NCBI RefSeq assembly: GCF_009914755.1
Contig: NC_060945.1
Source of the DNA: the human T2T-CHM13v2.0 reference genome, Homo sapiens
Direction: 5' to 3' (one strand)
DNA: 64,000 bases
Numbering within the stretch: the first letter of the stretch is position 1; each line of letters begins with the position of its first letter. This document shows, in pieces, positions 1-16,220 of this stretch. The position numbers and the translations under genes are program-made. A model generated the notes under the pieces. It was not told where the DNA came from. It worked only from the letters and a program-made list of their open reading frames with translations, and made no database searches.

Positions 1-960
<960 letters not shown>

Positions 961-2081
961 TTAATCACTTTATTTTGTTGTGTTGTAGCTGGGTTTTTTG
1001 GTCATGAGCATTCATTTATCTCACAGTTCATTCTTGTTACTTGGGCCAGGGTCATGATCATTCATTATCTCTCAGTTCATCCTCATTACGTTGGGCAAAC
1101 AGTCATGCTGCAGGGTATAGATTATGTTATTCTGTTACTTTCAGGTAGAATTGGGGTCTAGGTTCTAATTGTTTCTAAGTTTAGATTCTGAATGAGAATC
1201 AGCAGAGGTAGACCACTGCTGCTGAGGCCTGGGGATTGCTGGGAAAAAGGCAGGAAACAGATACTGACCTGACCATGGAGGGTTTATGTTTCACGGCTCC
1301 CATCTGGGTACCCAAGGAACCTACATGTAGCTCGTGTGTGGAGAGCCTACATTGCCCACTCAAAGCAATTGAGGATGGAACAGTCTTGGGGCTGGAGCTC
1401 ATTATTTGGAATGATAACCACATCTGCACAGAGAGGACCTGATAAGATGTTGTCCTTCCATGTATATCTGGGAATCCTGTGTAGGGTCTCTCTGTAAGGA
1501 CAGGGGCAGTGTTGGCTCCTTGGCCTCTAGTTAGCTTCACAAGTAGTCTAGTAAAGGCTTTGCAAACTTGTCACCATCTGTGGACATTCTGGCCAGCTCT
1601 TGTTTTCACCCTACTGACTTCTTCAGACACTAGGCTTTTGCTTTAGACCATTCATGGTTTTCTTCCTCTTCAAATCAGTAATCAATAAATCGCCTTCAAG
1701 TCAATAAATTTCCACTCCTTTAGGAAACCCTGATCTTCTGGTCACACCAAGGTTTAATTAACTGGTTTGATTGTTTTTCTGTTTTCTTGGATTTTTTTTC
1801 CTTCTTCCTGGGGGTTTCTAGTAATTCTAGTTTGATGTCTCACTTTCTCCATTTTTTATTTCTTAGTTTTCTTCTGTGATTATTTTCACTGCAGCTGCAG
1901 GGCCTAATCCTGGGTTGGCAGAGAACTAGCACTTACTCTGCCCTAATTGGAATCCAGGAGATATAGCAGGTTCCCTAGTGTGAAAATGTGTTTGCTCCTC
2001 TCTGCTTCTGGTAGTCTCTCTGTAGGAGTTCTTTACGCATTCTGAATGTTCACTTCTTATGAGATACATGATGTGCAACTA

Positions 2082-2294
2082 TAGGTTGAATGTCTCTGAT
2101 CCAAAAATCTGAAATCCCAAATGCTCCAAAGTCTGAAACTTTTTGAGTGCCAACATGACACTCAAAGGAAATGCTTATTGGAGCATCGCAGACTCAGGTG
2201 TTTGAATTTGAGATCCTCAACCAGTAAGAATAATGCAAATATTACAAAATCTGAAACACATCCCAAGCATTTCAAATAAGGGACACTCAACTGG
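2082..2294. mobile_element. Tigger4a/MER46-like (Zombi) non-autonomous DNA element
   Basis: Inverted ends aggttgaatgtc...gacactcaactg; internal 'ccaaatgctccaaa...tttttgagtgccaacatgacactcaaaggaaatgc'. Confidence 0.8.
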
Positions 2295-3026
2295 TATTTT
2301 TTTTAATTTTACAGTTTGCCTTTTACCCTGTTGGTTGTGACCTTTGAGGTACAGAAGTTTTTAGGTTTGATATATTTTTGCTTTTACTGCCTGAGCTTTT
2401 AATGTCATATCCTAAAAATTATTGACAAATTCATCGTCATAAAGCATTTTCCAAATTTGTTTTCCCTAGGAGTTTGATAGTTCTAGTTTTACATTTAGGT
2501 TTATAATTCACTTTGAATTGATTTTAACGTGGTGTAAGGTAAGAGTCCAACTTCATTGTTTTGCATGTAGTTATACAATTTTCCCATCACCATTTGTTGA
2601 AGAAACTGTGCTTTGCCATTGAGTGGTCTTGGCATCCTTCTGGAAGATCATCGGACCATATATGCCAGGGTTGGTTTCTGAGGTCTCTGTTGTGTTGGTC
2701 CATAAGTGTGTCAAGAGTGTCTTTATGCCATGACCACATTTTTTTTTTTTTTGGCTTATTGCAGTTTTGTAATTGCTTTGAGACCTTTAATTTTGTTCTG
2801 TTTCAAGATTGATTTGCCTATTCATGGGCCCTGGAGATTCCATATGAGTTTTAGGATAGGTTTTTCTGTTTATCAAAAATGTCATTGGAATCTTTATAAG
2901 GATTGTATTGAATCTAGGTCACTTCGAGTAGTGTTGACATCATTCCAAGATGAAATCATCTAATTTGCAAACCCAGCTTTTCTTTTCATTTATTTGTGTT
3001 TAATTTCTTTTAACAGTGTTTTGTAG

Positions 3027-3791
<765 letters not shown>

Positions 3792-5144
3792 TTTTTTTAA
3801 AATTTTATTTGCAGATTGTTCATTGTTAGTTTATAGAAATGCAACTGACTTGTGTGTGTTACTGTATCCTGAAACTTTGTTGAATTTCATTATTCTACCA
3901 GTATTTTGTGGAATTTCAGGATTTTTACACATTACATCATGTTGTCTGTGAACAAAATTTTGTACTTTTTCCTTTCCAATTTGCATGCTTTTTATTACTT
4001 TCTCTTGCCTAATTATTCTGAGTAGAAATTCCAGTACTGTGGTGAATAGAAGTGGCAGGAAGAGATGTTGCTATCTTATTCCTGATCCTAGAGGAAAAGA
4101 TTTTAGTTTTTCACCATTCAGTATGATGTTAGCTGTGAGCTTTTCATGTATAATCTTTATTTACTGAGGAGTTTCCATATATTACTAATTCTTTGAGTGT
4201 TTTTATTACAAAAGGTGTTCATCTGGCTCTGGAACCAGATAAATGTTGACCTGATAGAATGGATTGGAATGTCCCCTTCTGGTTTTTGAACATTTTTGGA
4301 ATATTTTGCAAAGGGCTGGCATTAATTCTTCTTGAAATGTTTGGAAAAATTTTCCAGTGAAGTTATCTGGACCTGGAATTTTCTTTTTTGGGGGGTTTTT
4401 GATTACTGGTTGAATCTTCTTACTAGTTACAGGTCTCTTTGGATTTTTTATTTCTCCATGATGCAGTATGGTGGTTTGTGTTTCTAGGAATTTATAAATT
4501 TATTCTAGGTTGCCCAGTTCTGTGGCATATGGTTGCTCACATTAGTCTCTTGTAATCTTTTTCATTTCTGTGGAATCTGTTGTACTGTCACCTCTTTTAT
4601 TTATGATTTTAGTATTTGAGATTTCTCTTTTTTTCTTAATATAGCTGTGAGTTTTAAAATTTGTATTGATCTTTAAAAAAACAAACTCAGTGGTTTTTTT
4701 TTTTCCTTTTTTTCTGGTCTTATTCTGCTTATCTCTGTTCTAATCTGTTATTTTCTTCCTTTTGCTTGGTTTGTCATTAGTTTTTTTTTTTTTTCCCTTT
4801 AGGTGTAATGTTAGGTTATTGATTTGAGATCTTTCTTCTTTTTAATTTAATCACCTGCAGCTATAAGCTTCCCTTTAGCATGGGTTTGAGATCTTTCTTC
4901 TTTTTAATTTAAGCATCTGCGGCTGTAAGCTTCCCTTTAGCACTGCCTTTGTTGCCTCCTCCTGAGTTTGGGTATGTCATGGTTTTGTTTTCATTTGCTT
5001 AAACATTTTTTTTGTCCTATTGTAATATAATTGTGTTGTTTTTAATAGAGGTAATTAATGAAACACATAATGAATTGTGCTTCTGTTTTTATAATATTTT
5101 AAGCATTCTTAACTCAGAAATGTAAATTTTAGAAAAAAATTCCA

Positions 5145-5472
<328 letters not shown>

Positions 5473-5601
5473 TTATTTGTATTTCAATTTAGAAACTATG
5501 ATCTCCTAAGTGTATTGACACAGCAACCTGACATAAAGATAAAGAATAATAAGTATATAACAAAACAGAAACTTGCAAATACCTTTTTTTATTAATTTTT
5601 A

Positions 5602-6594
<993 letters not shown>

Positions 6595-6719
6595 GAATAT
6601 ATACATCTTAATGAGTTTAGAGATAAGTATTCGCCCCAGGACTCATCACAACAAATAATGCCGTAAACTTGACCATCACTCCCCATATATTTCTCATTCT
6701 GACCCTTTTTAAAAAATGA

Positions 6720-7053
<334 letters not shown>

Positions 7054-7299
7054 TTATTTTAAGTGTACAATACAGGACGGCCATGCATCAGAGATATATG
7101 TGGGTTTGGTTCCAGACCACTGCAATAAAGTGAGTTATACAATTTCTTTTGGTTTTCCAGTGCATGTAAAAGTATGTTTATACTGTGCTGTATAAAGTGT
7201 GCAATAGCATATGTCTACAAAGTGTTCACACTTTAATTTACAAATACTTTATTGTTAACAAGTGCTAACAGTCATCTGAGCCTTCAGAAAGCTGCAATC

Positions 7300-7567
7300 T
7301 TTTTTTGTGTGCGTGACAGGGTTTTACTCTGTGGCTCAGGCTAGAGTAATTGCAGTCTCAACCTCATGCTCAATCAAACCCCCACCTCAGACTCCTGACT
7401 AGCTGGAACTACAGATACATGCCACCATGACCAGCTAATTTTTGTATTTTTTTTTTTGTAGAGATGGGGTTTTGCCATGTTGCCTTGACTTCCTGGGCTC
7501 AAGCAATCTACCCACCTTGGCCTCCCAAGGTGTTGGGATGACAGGTGTGAGCCACTGCACCTGGCCA
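7300..7567 (-). mobile_element. AluJ-like inside Tigger1
   Basis: Antisense Alu. Confidence 0.85.
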
Positions 7568-8161
7568 AGTTTCAGTCTTCTTGCTGATGGAGGGTCTTGC
7601 CTTAATGTAAGGTGGTGGTTGCTGAGCGTTGGGGTGGCTGTGGCAATTTCTTAAAATAAGACACCATTGAAGTTTGCTGTGTCAATTGACTCTCCCTTTC
7701 ACAAAAGAATTATCTGTAGCATACGATGTTGTTTGATAGCTTTTTACCCACAGTAGAACTTTCAAATTGGATTCAATCCTGTCAAACCTTCGTACAGCTG
7801 TACCAACTAAGTTTATGTATTATTGTAAATCATTGTGTCAATCCTTTCAAGCCCTCCTTCTGCTGTACCAACTAAGTTTATTCTAAATCTGTTGTCATCT
7901 CAACATTGTATACACTGTCTTCACCACGAGTAGATTTCATCTCAAGAAACCACTTTCTTTGCTCATCCGTGGAAGCAACTCATCCACTCACGTTTTCTCC
8001 GGAGGCTGCTGCAGTCTCGCCAGATCTTCAGGCTCTGTCTCTGATTCTAGTGCTCTTGTTATTTCCAGCATATCTGCAGTTACCTCCTCCACAGAAGTCG
8101 TGAACCCCTGTGTCATCTGTGAGGGTTGGAATAATCTTCCCAACTTCTCTCTCTCTCTCTC

Positions 8162-8449
<288 letters not shown>

Positions 8450-9306
8450 CCAACTTCTCCTAATGTTGCTATTTTGATCTTATTTTTTAAATCATGAATG
8501 TTCTCAATGACATCTAGAATGGTGAATCCTTTCCAGTAGGTTTTCAATTATTTTGCCCAGATCCATCAAAGGAATCACTTTCTAGAGAAGTTATAGCTTT
8601 ATGAAATATATTTTTAAGTGATAAGACTTGAAAGTTGAAATTATTCTTTGATCCAAGGGCACCAGAATGAATGTTGGGTTAGTAGGCATGAAAACAATAT
8701 TCAGCTCTTTGTACATCTCTGTAAAAGCCCTTGAGTACCAGGGGCATTGTCAGTGAGCGGTAATACTTTGAAAGGAATCTTATTTCTTGAGCAGTAGGTG
8801 TCAACAGTGGGCTTCAGATATTCAGTAAACCATATTTGTAAGCCGATAGTATGTCATCCAGGCTTTGTTCCCATTTGTAGAGTACAGACAGAGCTGTGTT
8901 TTATCATAATTCTTCAGGGCCCTTGGATTTTCAGTATAGTAAATCATCATTGGTTTCAAGTTAACATCACCAACTGCATTAGCCCTTAACAAAAGAGTCA
9001 GCATGTCCTTTGAAGCCTTAAAGCCAGGCATCAACTCCTCTCTAGCTGGGAACATCCTAGATGGCATCTCCTTCTAGTAGAAGGCTGTTTTGTCTCCATT
9101 GCAAATCTATTTAGTGTTGCCATCTTAATCAGTTATCTTCTAGATAGCTTTCTGCAGCTTTTCCATCAGTACTTGCTGCTTTATCTTGCGCTTTTATGTT
9201 ATGGAGATGACTTTTTTCCTTAAACCTCAAGAAACAAGCTCTTCTAGCTTCAGACTTTCCTTCTGCAGCTGCCTCACCACTCTAAGTCTTCATAGAATTG
9301 AAGAGA

Positions 9307-9669
<363 letters not shown>

Positions 9670-10334
9670 CTATCTAGACCAATTAAACTTTCTTCATAAC
9701 AGCAGCAAGATTGTTTAGCTTTTTATCATTCATGTGTTCACTGGAGCAGTACTTTAAATTTCTTTCCAGAACACTTCGTTTGCATTCACAACTTGGGTAA
9801 GTGTTTGTTGCATGAGGTCTAGCTACTGGCCTGTCTTGCTTACAGCATGCCTTCCTCACTAAGCTTAATTATTTCTTCCTTTTGGTTTAAAGTGACAGAC
9901 ATGCAACTCTTCTTTCATGAACATATAGAGGCTATTGTAGGGTTATTAATTGGCCACATTTTAATATTAATAAAAAGAAGCCTGAGAAAAAGAGAAAGAG
10001 AAATGACCCGTTGGTTGGGCAGTCAGAACAAACGCATTTGTCAATTGTTTGCTGTCTTATCCTGGTGTGATTTGTGGTTCCCAAAACAATGACAACAGTA
10101 GCATTAAAGATTACTGATTACAGATCACCACAACAGATTCAATAATAAAAATCTTAAAATACTGTGAGAATGACCGAAATGTGACACAGAGACGTGAAGT
10201 GAGCACGTGCTGTAGGAACAATGGTGCCAGTGAGACCTGCTTATTGCAGGGTGGCCACAAACCTTCAATACGTAAAACACATGGTCACAAAACACAATAA
10301 AGCAAAGTGCAGTGAAACAAGATGTGTCTGTCTT

Positions 10335-12180
10335 TTGATAGACTCTGAAAATCTCTACCTTTGAATTGGTACATTCATACCATTAACATTCAAAGTGATT
10401 ATTGATATCATTGGATTAATATCTACTATATTTGTTACTGTTTTCTATTCATTCTCCTCAGTCTTCATTCTTTTGTCTACCACTTTTTCTGCCTTTTGCA
10501 GTTTTCATTGATGATTTTAGATGACTCCATTTTCCCTGTCTTTCTTAGTACGTACTTCTCTTTTTAAAACTTTTTTTAACTAGTTGCCACAGAATTTGCA
10601 ATATACATTTACAACCAATTCAAGTCCACTTTCAAATAACACTATCCAACTATCCCACAAATAAGACTACCTGCTTAACAAACAAAACACCTAATTCCTC
10701 AGTAACATTTACAACCAATTCAAGTCCACTTTCAAATAACACTATCCCACTATCCCACAAATAAGACTACCTGCTTAACAAAGAACACACCTAATTCCTC
10801 AATATACATTTACAACCAATTCAAGTCCACTTTCAGGTAACACTATCCCACTTCACGGGTGACTACCTGCTTAACAAAGAAAACACCTGATTCCTCCCTC
10901 CCATCCTTCCATTCCATTCCTTGTATTATTGTTCCTTATTTCACTTGTGTATAAGCATGCATAATCTATCTGTGTGTATTTATTATTATCTACAAACTTA
11001 TTGGTCAGATCAATTATGAATAAATACATGTTTTTATTGTACCACAATGCCTCCCTACCATCCTTCCATTCCATTCCTTGTATTAGTGTTACTCATTTCA
11101 ATTGTATATAAGCATACATAATATATCTGTATTTGTTATTGTCTATGATCTTCTTGGTCAGATCAATTAAGAATAAATACATAGGTTTTTATTGTACCAC
11201 AATTCTTTCTTTAATGCTCTTTTTAAAAAAATGTTGATCCAGGTTTCAGTTATATATCTTTTGTTTCCCTAAAGAATTTCATTTAACATTTCTTGCAAGA
11301 CAGGTCTCCTGGCAACAAGTTTCTTGAATTTTTATTTTTCTGAGGAAGGCCTTAATTCTCCTTCACTTTTGAAGGGTGGTTTCAGTGGGTACAGAAACTT
11401 AGGTTGGTGGGTTTTTTCTGTCAACATTTTGAATTTTTCATTTCACTGTCTTCTTACTTTCACAGTTTCTGAAATGTTGAATGCAGTTCTTATCTTTGTG
11501 TCTCTGTAGGTAAGGTGTTTTCTGCCCCACCTCTGGTTTCTTTCAGAGTTTTCCTTTATCTTTTATTACATATAGTTTGAAAATTATATGTCCAAGTGTA
11601 GGTTGTTGGTATTTATTCTGCCTGGTGTTCTCAGAGCTTCCTGGATCTTTGGTTTGGTGTCTGACATTAATACTGGAAGTTCTCAGACATGGTTGTTGCA
11701 GAACTTTCTTCTATTTCTTCTCCTCTTGGTATTCTCATTACTGTTTCACCTTTTGTAGTTGTCCCACAGTCTTGAATATCATCTTCTGTTCTTTTCAGTG
11801 TTTCTTTTCTTTAGTTTTTGAAGTTTCTGATGATAAATCCTCAAGCTCAGAGATTTTTACTCAGCTGAGTCCAGTCTACTAATAAGCCATCAGAGGTATT
11901 CTTCAGTTATTTACCACGTTTTTCATCACTACATTATGTTGAAAGTTCTTACGATGTCTGTCTTTCTCATTACATTACCCATCTACACTTGAATACTGTC
12001 TACTTCATTCATTAGGCCCTTAGCATATTCTCCAGAGGTTTAAAAAAAAATTCCAAGATCATATCTTTGTCTGCTTCTGAAGCTTGCTCTGTTGACACAA
12101 ATTGTATTTTTTTCTTTTTTTGGATTTTAGTATGCCTTGCAATTTTTTCCCTTTATTCTGATGCATGAAGTACCCACTAA
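10335..12180 (-). mobile_element. Old L1M fragments containing local tandem duplications
   Basis: 'catttaacatttcttgcaagacaggtctcctggcaaca', 'ttctccttcacttttgaagg...cagtgggtacagaaacttaggttgg'. Confidence 0.6.
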
Positions 12181-12243
12181 AAGTGACTGCTGTTAGTATA
12201 GCTTCAGTAATGCGGTGATGAGGTGACAGGGCAGGTGATGCTC

Positions 12244-12378
12244 TCTTAGTCTCTTTAGGCTACTATAACAAAATACTTCAGACTGAGTAATTCATAAACA
12301 ACAGAGATTATTGTTCACAGATCTGGAGGCTGGAAAGTACAAGACTAAAGGGCCAGGATATTTGGTGTTTGGTGAAGG
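12244..12378. mobile_element. MaLR LTR fragment (MST/MLT1A-like) truncated at the CER array
   Basis: tcttagtc...ggctactataacaaaatac...ctggaggctggaaagtacaagactaaagg...ggtgtttggtgaagg. Confidence 0.75.
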
Positions 12379-13833
12379 TCAAACATTCAGACACTCTCAA
12401 CGACTATAGCGACAGCAGCAGTCTTCAGGAATCCTATGTGAGGGACAAACACTCAGAAGCCAGCTGGAGTGTTCTAGAATCCTATGTGAGGGCCAAACAT
12501 TCAGACCCCAGCAGTAGTGTTGTGGAATCCTATGTGATGGACAAACTTTCAAACCCTTGTAGCAGTGTTCTGGAATGCTATGTGAGGGACAAACATTCAG
12601 ACCACGGGAGCAGTGTTCTGGAATTCTATGTGAAGGACAAACATTAAGACTCTCATAGCAGTGTCCTGGAATCATATGTGAGGGACAACCATTCAGACAC
12701 CAGCAGAAGTGTTCTGGAATCCTAGGTGTGGGAAAAACATTCAGAACCTAGTAGCAGTGTTCTGGAATCCTATGTGAGGGACATACATTCAGACCACGGC
12801 AGCAGTGTTCTGGAATGGTATGTGAAGGACAAACATTCAGACCCTTGTAGCAGTGTTCCAGAATTTTACGTGAGGGACAAACATTCAGACCACAGCAGCA
12901 GTGTTCTGGAATCCTATATGACGGACCAACATGCAGACCCTTGCAACAGTGTTCTGGAATACTAGGTGAGGGAAAAATATTCACACCCTTGTAGCAGTGT
13001 TCTGGAATTCTATGTGACTGACAAACATTCAGACTCCAGCAGCAGTGTTCTGTAATCCTATGTGAGGGACAAACATTCAGACCCCAAGAGCAGTGTTCTG
13101 AAATCCTATGTTAAGGGAAACATTGAGACCCCAGCATGAATGTTCTGGAATCCTATGTGAGGGACAAACATTCAGACCACGGCAGGAGTGTTCTGGAATC
13201 CTATGTGAGGAACAAACATTCAGACCACAGCAGGAGTGTTCTGGAATCCTATATGAGTTATAAGCATTCAGACCCTCATAGCAGTGTTCTGGAATCCTAT
13301 GTGAGGGAGAAGCATTCAGAGCACAGCAGGAGTGCTCTGGAATCCTATGTTAGGGACAAACATTCAGAACCTCGTAACATTGTGCTGGAAACCTATGTGA
13401 GGGACAGACATTTAGACCCTCGCAGCAGTGTTCTGGAATCCCATGTGAGGGTCAAACATTCAGATCCTCGCAGCAGTGTTCTGGAATTCTATGTGAGTGA
13501 CAAACATTCAGACTCCAGCAGCAGTGTTCTGTATTCCTATGAGAAGGACAAACATTCAGAATCCAGGAGCAGTGTTTTGAAATCATATGTTAAGGGCAAA
13601 CATACAGACCCTAGCATCAATATTCTAGAATCATATGTGAGGGACATACATTCAGACCCTCACAGCAGTGTTCTGGAATCCTAGATGGGGGACAAACATT
13701 CAGACCCCAGCAGCAGACTTCTGGAATCCTATGTGGAGGACAAACATTCAGACAATGGCAGCAGTGTTCTGGAATCCTATGTGAGGGACAAACACTCAGA
13801 GCCTTGTAGCAGTGTTCTGGAATCCTATGTGAG
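12378..13833 (+). repeat. CER (48-bp centromeric) satellite array, about 30 monomers
   Basis: Tandem unit GCAGTGTTCTGGAATCCTATGTGAGGGACAAACATTCAGACCCCAGCA; gives the 16-aa periodic ORFs (SSVLESYVRDKHSDP). Confidence 0.9.
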
Positions 13834-14179
13834 TGAGAGTGCCTTGAGCCTACCCAACCTGACGCCCCCAAAGCCCTCACAGGGTCTGACCTCCCAGCAT
13901 GCACCTGCCTCTCCCTGAACCCCAACTGCCCACCCTGCCTGTTCCCCGGCCTCCTCCATCCTGTGCAGCCCATAGACTGTGACCATCTCTCCAGCCACTC
14001 TGGCCCTTCCTTTACCTTTGTCCTGTCAGAATCTCTGAGCAGGATCTCCCAGGTCCATCCAAATATGTGCTTTGTCCACTTTTGACTAGGCCCTTGGGCA
14101 TCACTGGGCTATCCCAGCTGTCCACAGGGCCTTCAATAATGCACATTGCACCTGGCTTATCCAAGCAGTGCTCAGCAGC

Positions 14180-15075
14180 CCACATTGACCAGGTCCCTGC
14201 TGACCAGACCCCGCACATCAGGTCCTCCCTGATGACACCCTCACTGATTAGACCCTCATGACCAGGCCCCACTAACAAGGCCCCCACTGCCGGGCACACA
14301 ATGACAGGGACTCCACTGACCAGGACCTTACTGACAAGGCCTCACGGACCAAGTCCTTACTGACAAGTCCTCACTGACTAGGTCATTATTGACAAGGCCT
14401 CACTGATCAGGTTCCACTGATCATGACCTCATTCCCTGGCCCCAAAGATGAGGCCCCACTGACCAGGCCTCCAGGGAACAGGTTGCCACTGATCAGGCCC
14501 CTAATAACGAGGCCTTAAGTCACCAGATGCCCCTGACTGGGACCCTAGTGAGTAGACCCCACTGAACTGGCACCAAATGCTGAGATTCCCGCTGACCAAG
14601 TCACCCTGTAGACCGCTGCTACAAAAGTCACCACTGACCAAGTCCTCTCTGACCAGGACAATACAGATTAGGTCCCGCTGACAAGGCTGCCCTGACCAGG
14701 GCCCCACTGACAAGGGCCTCACTGATGAGGACACGCCCACCAGGGTCTGCTGACTAGGTCCCATGTGCCCCGTCCTGCACTGAGTAGCACCCCTTGACCT
14801 GGTCACCAGTGCCCCAGCCCATGCTGACCAGACCAGCACTAAGCCCCAGCTGACCAGGTCTCCACTGATCAAGCCCCACAGCCCAGGTTTGCACTGACCA
14901 GACACCAAACAACTGGCAGCCAATAGGTCCCCACTCACCAAAACCCCCACTACTAGACCCCACTAATGAGACCCTCTCTAAGCAGACCCCTGCTGACCAC
15001 TATCCCACTAAATAGTCCTCACTGACCTAGGTCCACTGACCAGGCCCACACTGATCAGGCCCCTCCTAACCACAC
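14180..15075 (+). repeat. Degenerate ~15-16-bp tandem repeat (CCCCACTGACCAGG), array 1; possibly REP522-associated
   Basis: Dozens of actgaccagg/actgacaagg/actgatcagg variants; REP522 assignment is from recall only. Confidence 0.75.
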
Positions 15076-15087
15076 TGGAAATCCAAA

Positions 15088-16220
15088 CGGCAATGACATG
15101 TTTCATATGGCAGAAGTTGGAACAAGACAGAGAGAGGAAAGAGGTTCCACAGCCTTTTAAACTACTAGATCTCATGAGAACTCACTCACTATCAGGAGGA
15201 TGGCATTAAGGGCTTGGTGCTTTGCCATTTGTGAAGGATCCACTCCCACTCCTTTATGATTAAAGCTTTTTCCACCTAGGCCCCGACTCTAACATTAGGG
15301 AGTGTACTTTCTCATGAGTTTTGGAAGGGGCATAGAGAAAAACCGTATTATTCTGTCCCTGACCCCACAAATCTCATGTCCTTCTCACATTGCAAGATAC
15401 AGTCATGCCTTGCCAGCAGTCTCCCAAAGTCTTAACTCATTTCAGCATTAACTCAAAGTTACAAAGTGCAAAGTCTCATCTGGGTCAAGGCTACATTCTC
15501 TTTTGCCTACAAGTCTCTGAAATAAAAAGCAAGTTCACTGCGTCTAAGGTACAATGATGGTACAGGCATTGTGTAAGCTTTCCATATCCAAAAGAGAGAC
15601 ATTTTCCAGAAAGCTTCTTATTTTTATCTGAGGCCCCCTCAGCCTGGCCTTCACTGTCCATGTTTTTGTCAGCATTCTTGTCACAGCCATTTAACCAGTC
15701 TCTAAGATGATCCAAAAATGTTCTCATCTGCCTGTCTTCTTTGGAGCCCTCCAAACTCTTCCAACCTCTACCCATTACCCAGTTCCGAAGTTGCTTCCAC
15801 ATTTTTAGGTATCTTTATAGCAGTGCTCCAGTCCTCATTTGCCATTTTTGGTAAGATTTATCTTGAAAAAGAGGTTTAATTGGCTCATGGTTCTGCAGAG
15901 TGGACAGGAAGCTTAGTGCTTCTGCTTCTGGGGGGCCTCAGAAATCTTTCAATCATTGTGCAAGGTAATGAAAGAGTGAATTGTCTCACATGGCAAGAGG
16001 AAATCACGGAGAATAGGGAGTGATATAGAGTTTTCAGTGGCCAGATCTCACGAGAAGTCACTCATGATTGTGAGGACAGTACCAAGGGGATGGTGCTGAA
16101 CCACTCATGAGAAATTTGCCTTCATGATTCAATCACCTTATACCAGGATCCACCTCCAACATTAGGAAGCATAATTCAACAAGAGATTTGGTGGGGACAC
16201 ATATTCGAATTGCCTCATCA
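15088..16220 (-). mobile_element. MaLR MST-family provirus: partial LTR, internally deleted internal segment, second LTR
   Basis: LTR motifs 'agatctcatgagaactcactcactatc' and 'cacctccaacattagg...gagatttggtggggaca'; internal ORF remnant MWKQLRNWVMGRGWKSLEGSKEDR (15491-15802). Confidence 0.8.

Noticed and set aside
8822-9067. Transposase-like ORF as an active or domesticated transposase
   Set aside because: Only 81 aa; the element is interrupted by three Alus and many stops.
12369-13973. Repetitive ORFs up to 182 aa (SSVLESYVRDKHSDP; HRIPEHCC), superficially like a repeat protein or a CRISPR-like array
   Set aside because: The 48-bp satellite unit is a multiple of 3 and stop-poor, so ORFs appear on both strands. 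There are no unique spacers and no cas genes, and the DNA is primate.
14501-14963. 149-aa and 69-aa minus-strand ORFs rich in DLVSG
   Set aside because: By-products of the ACTGACCAGG tandem repeat.
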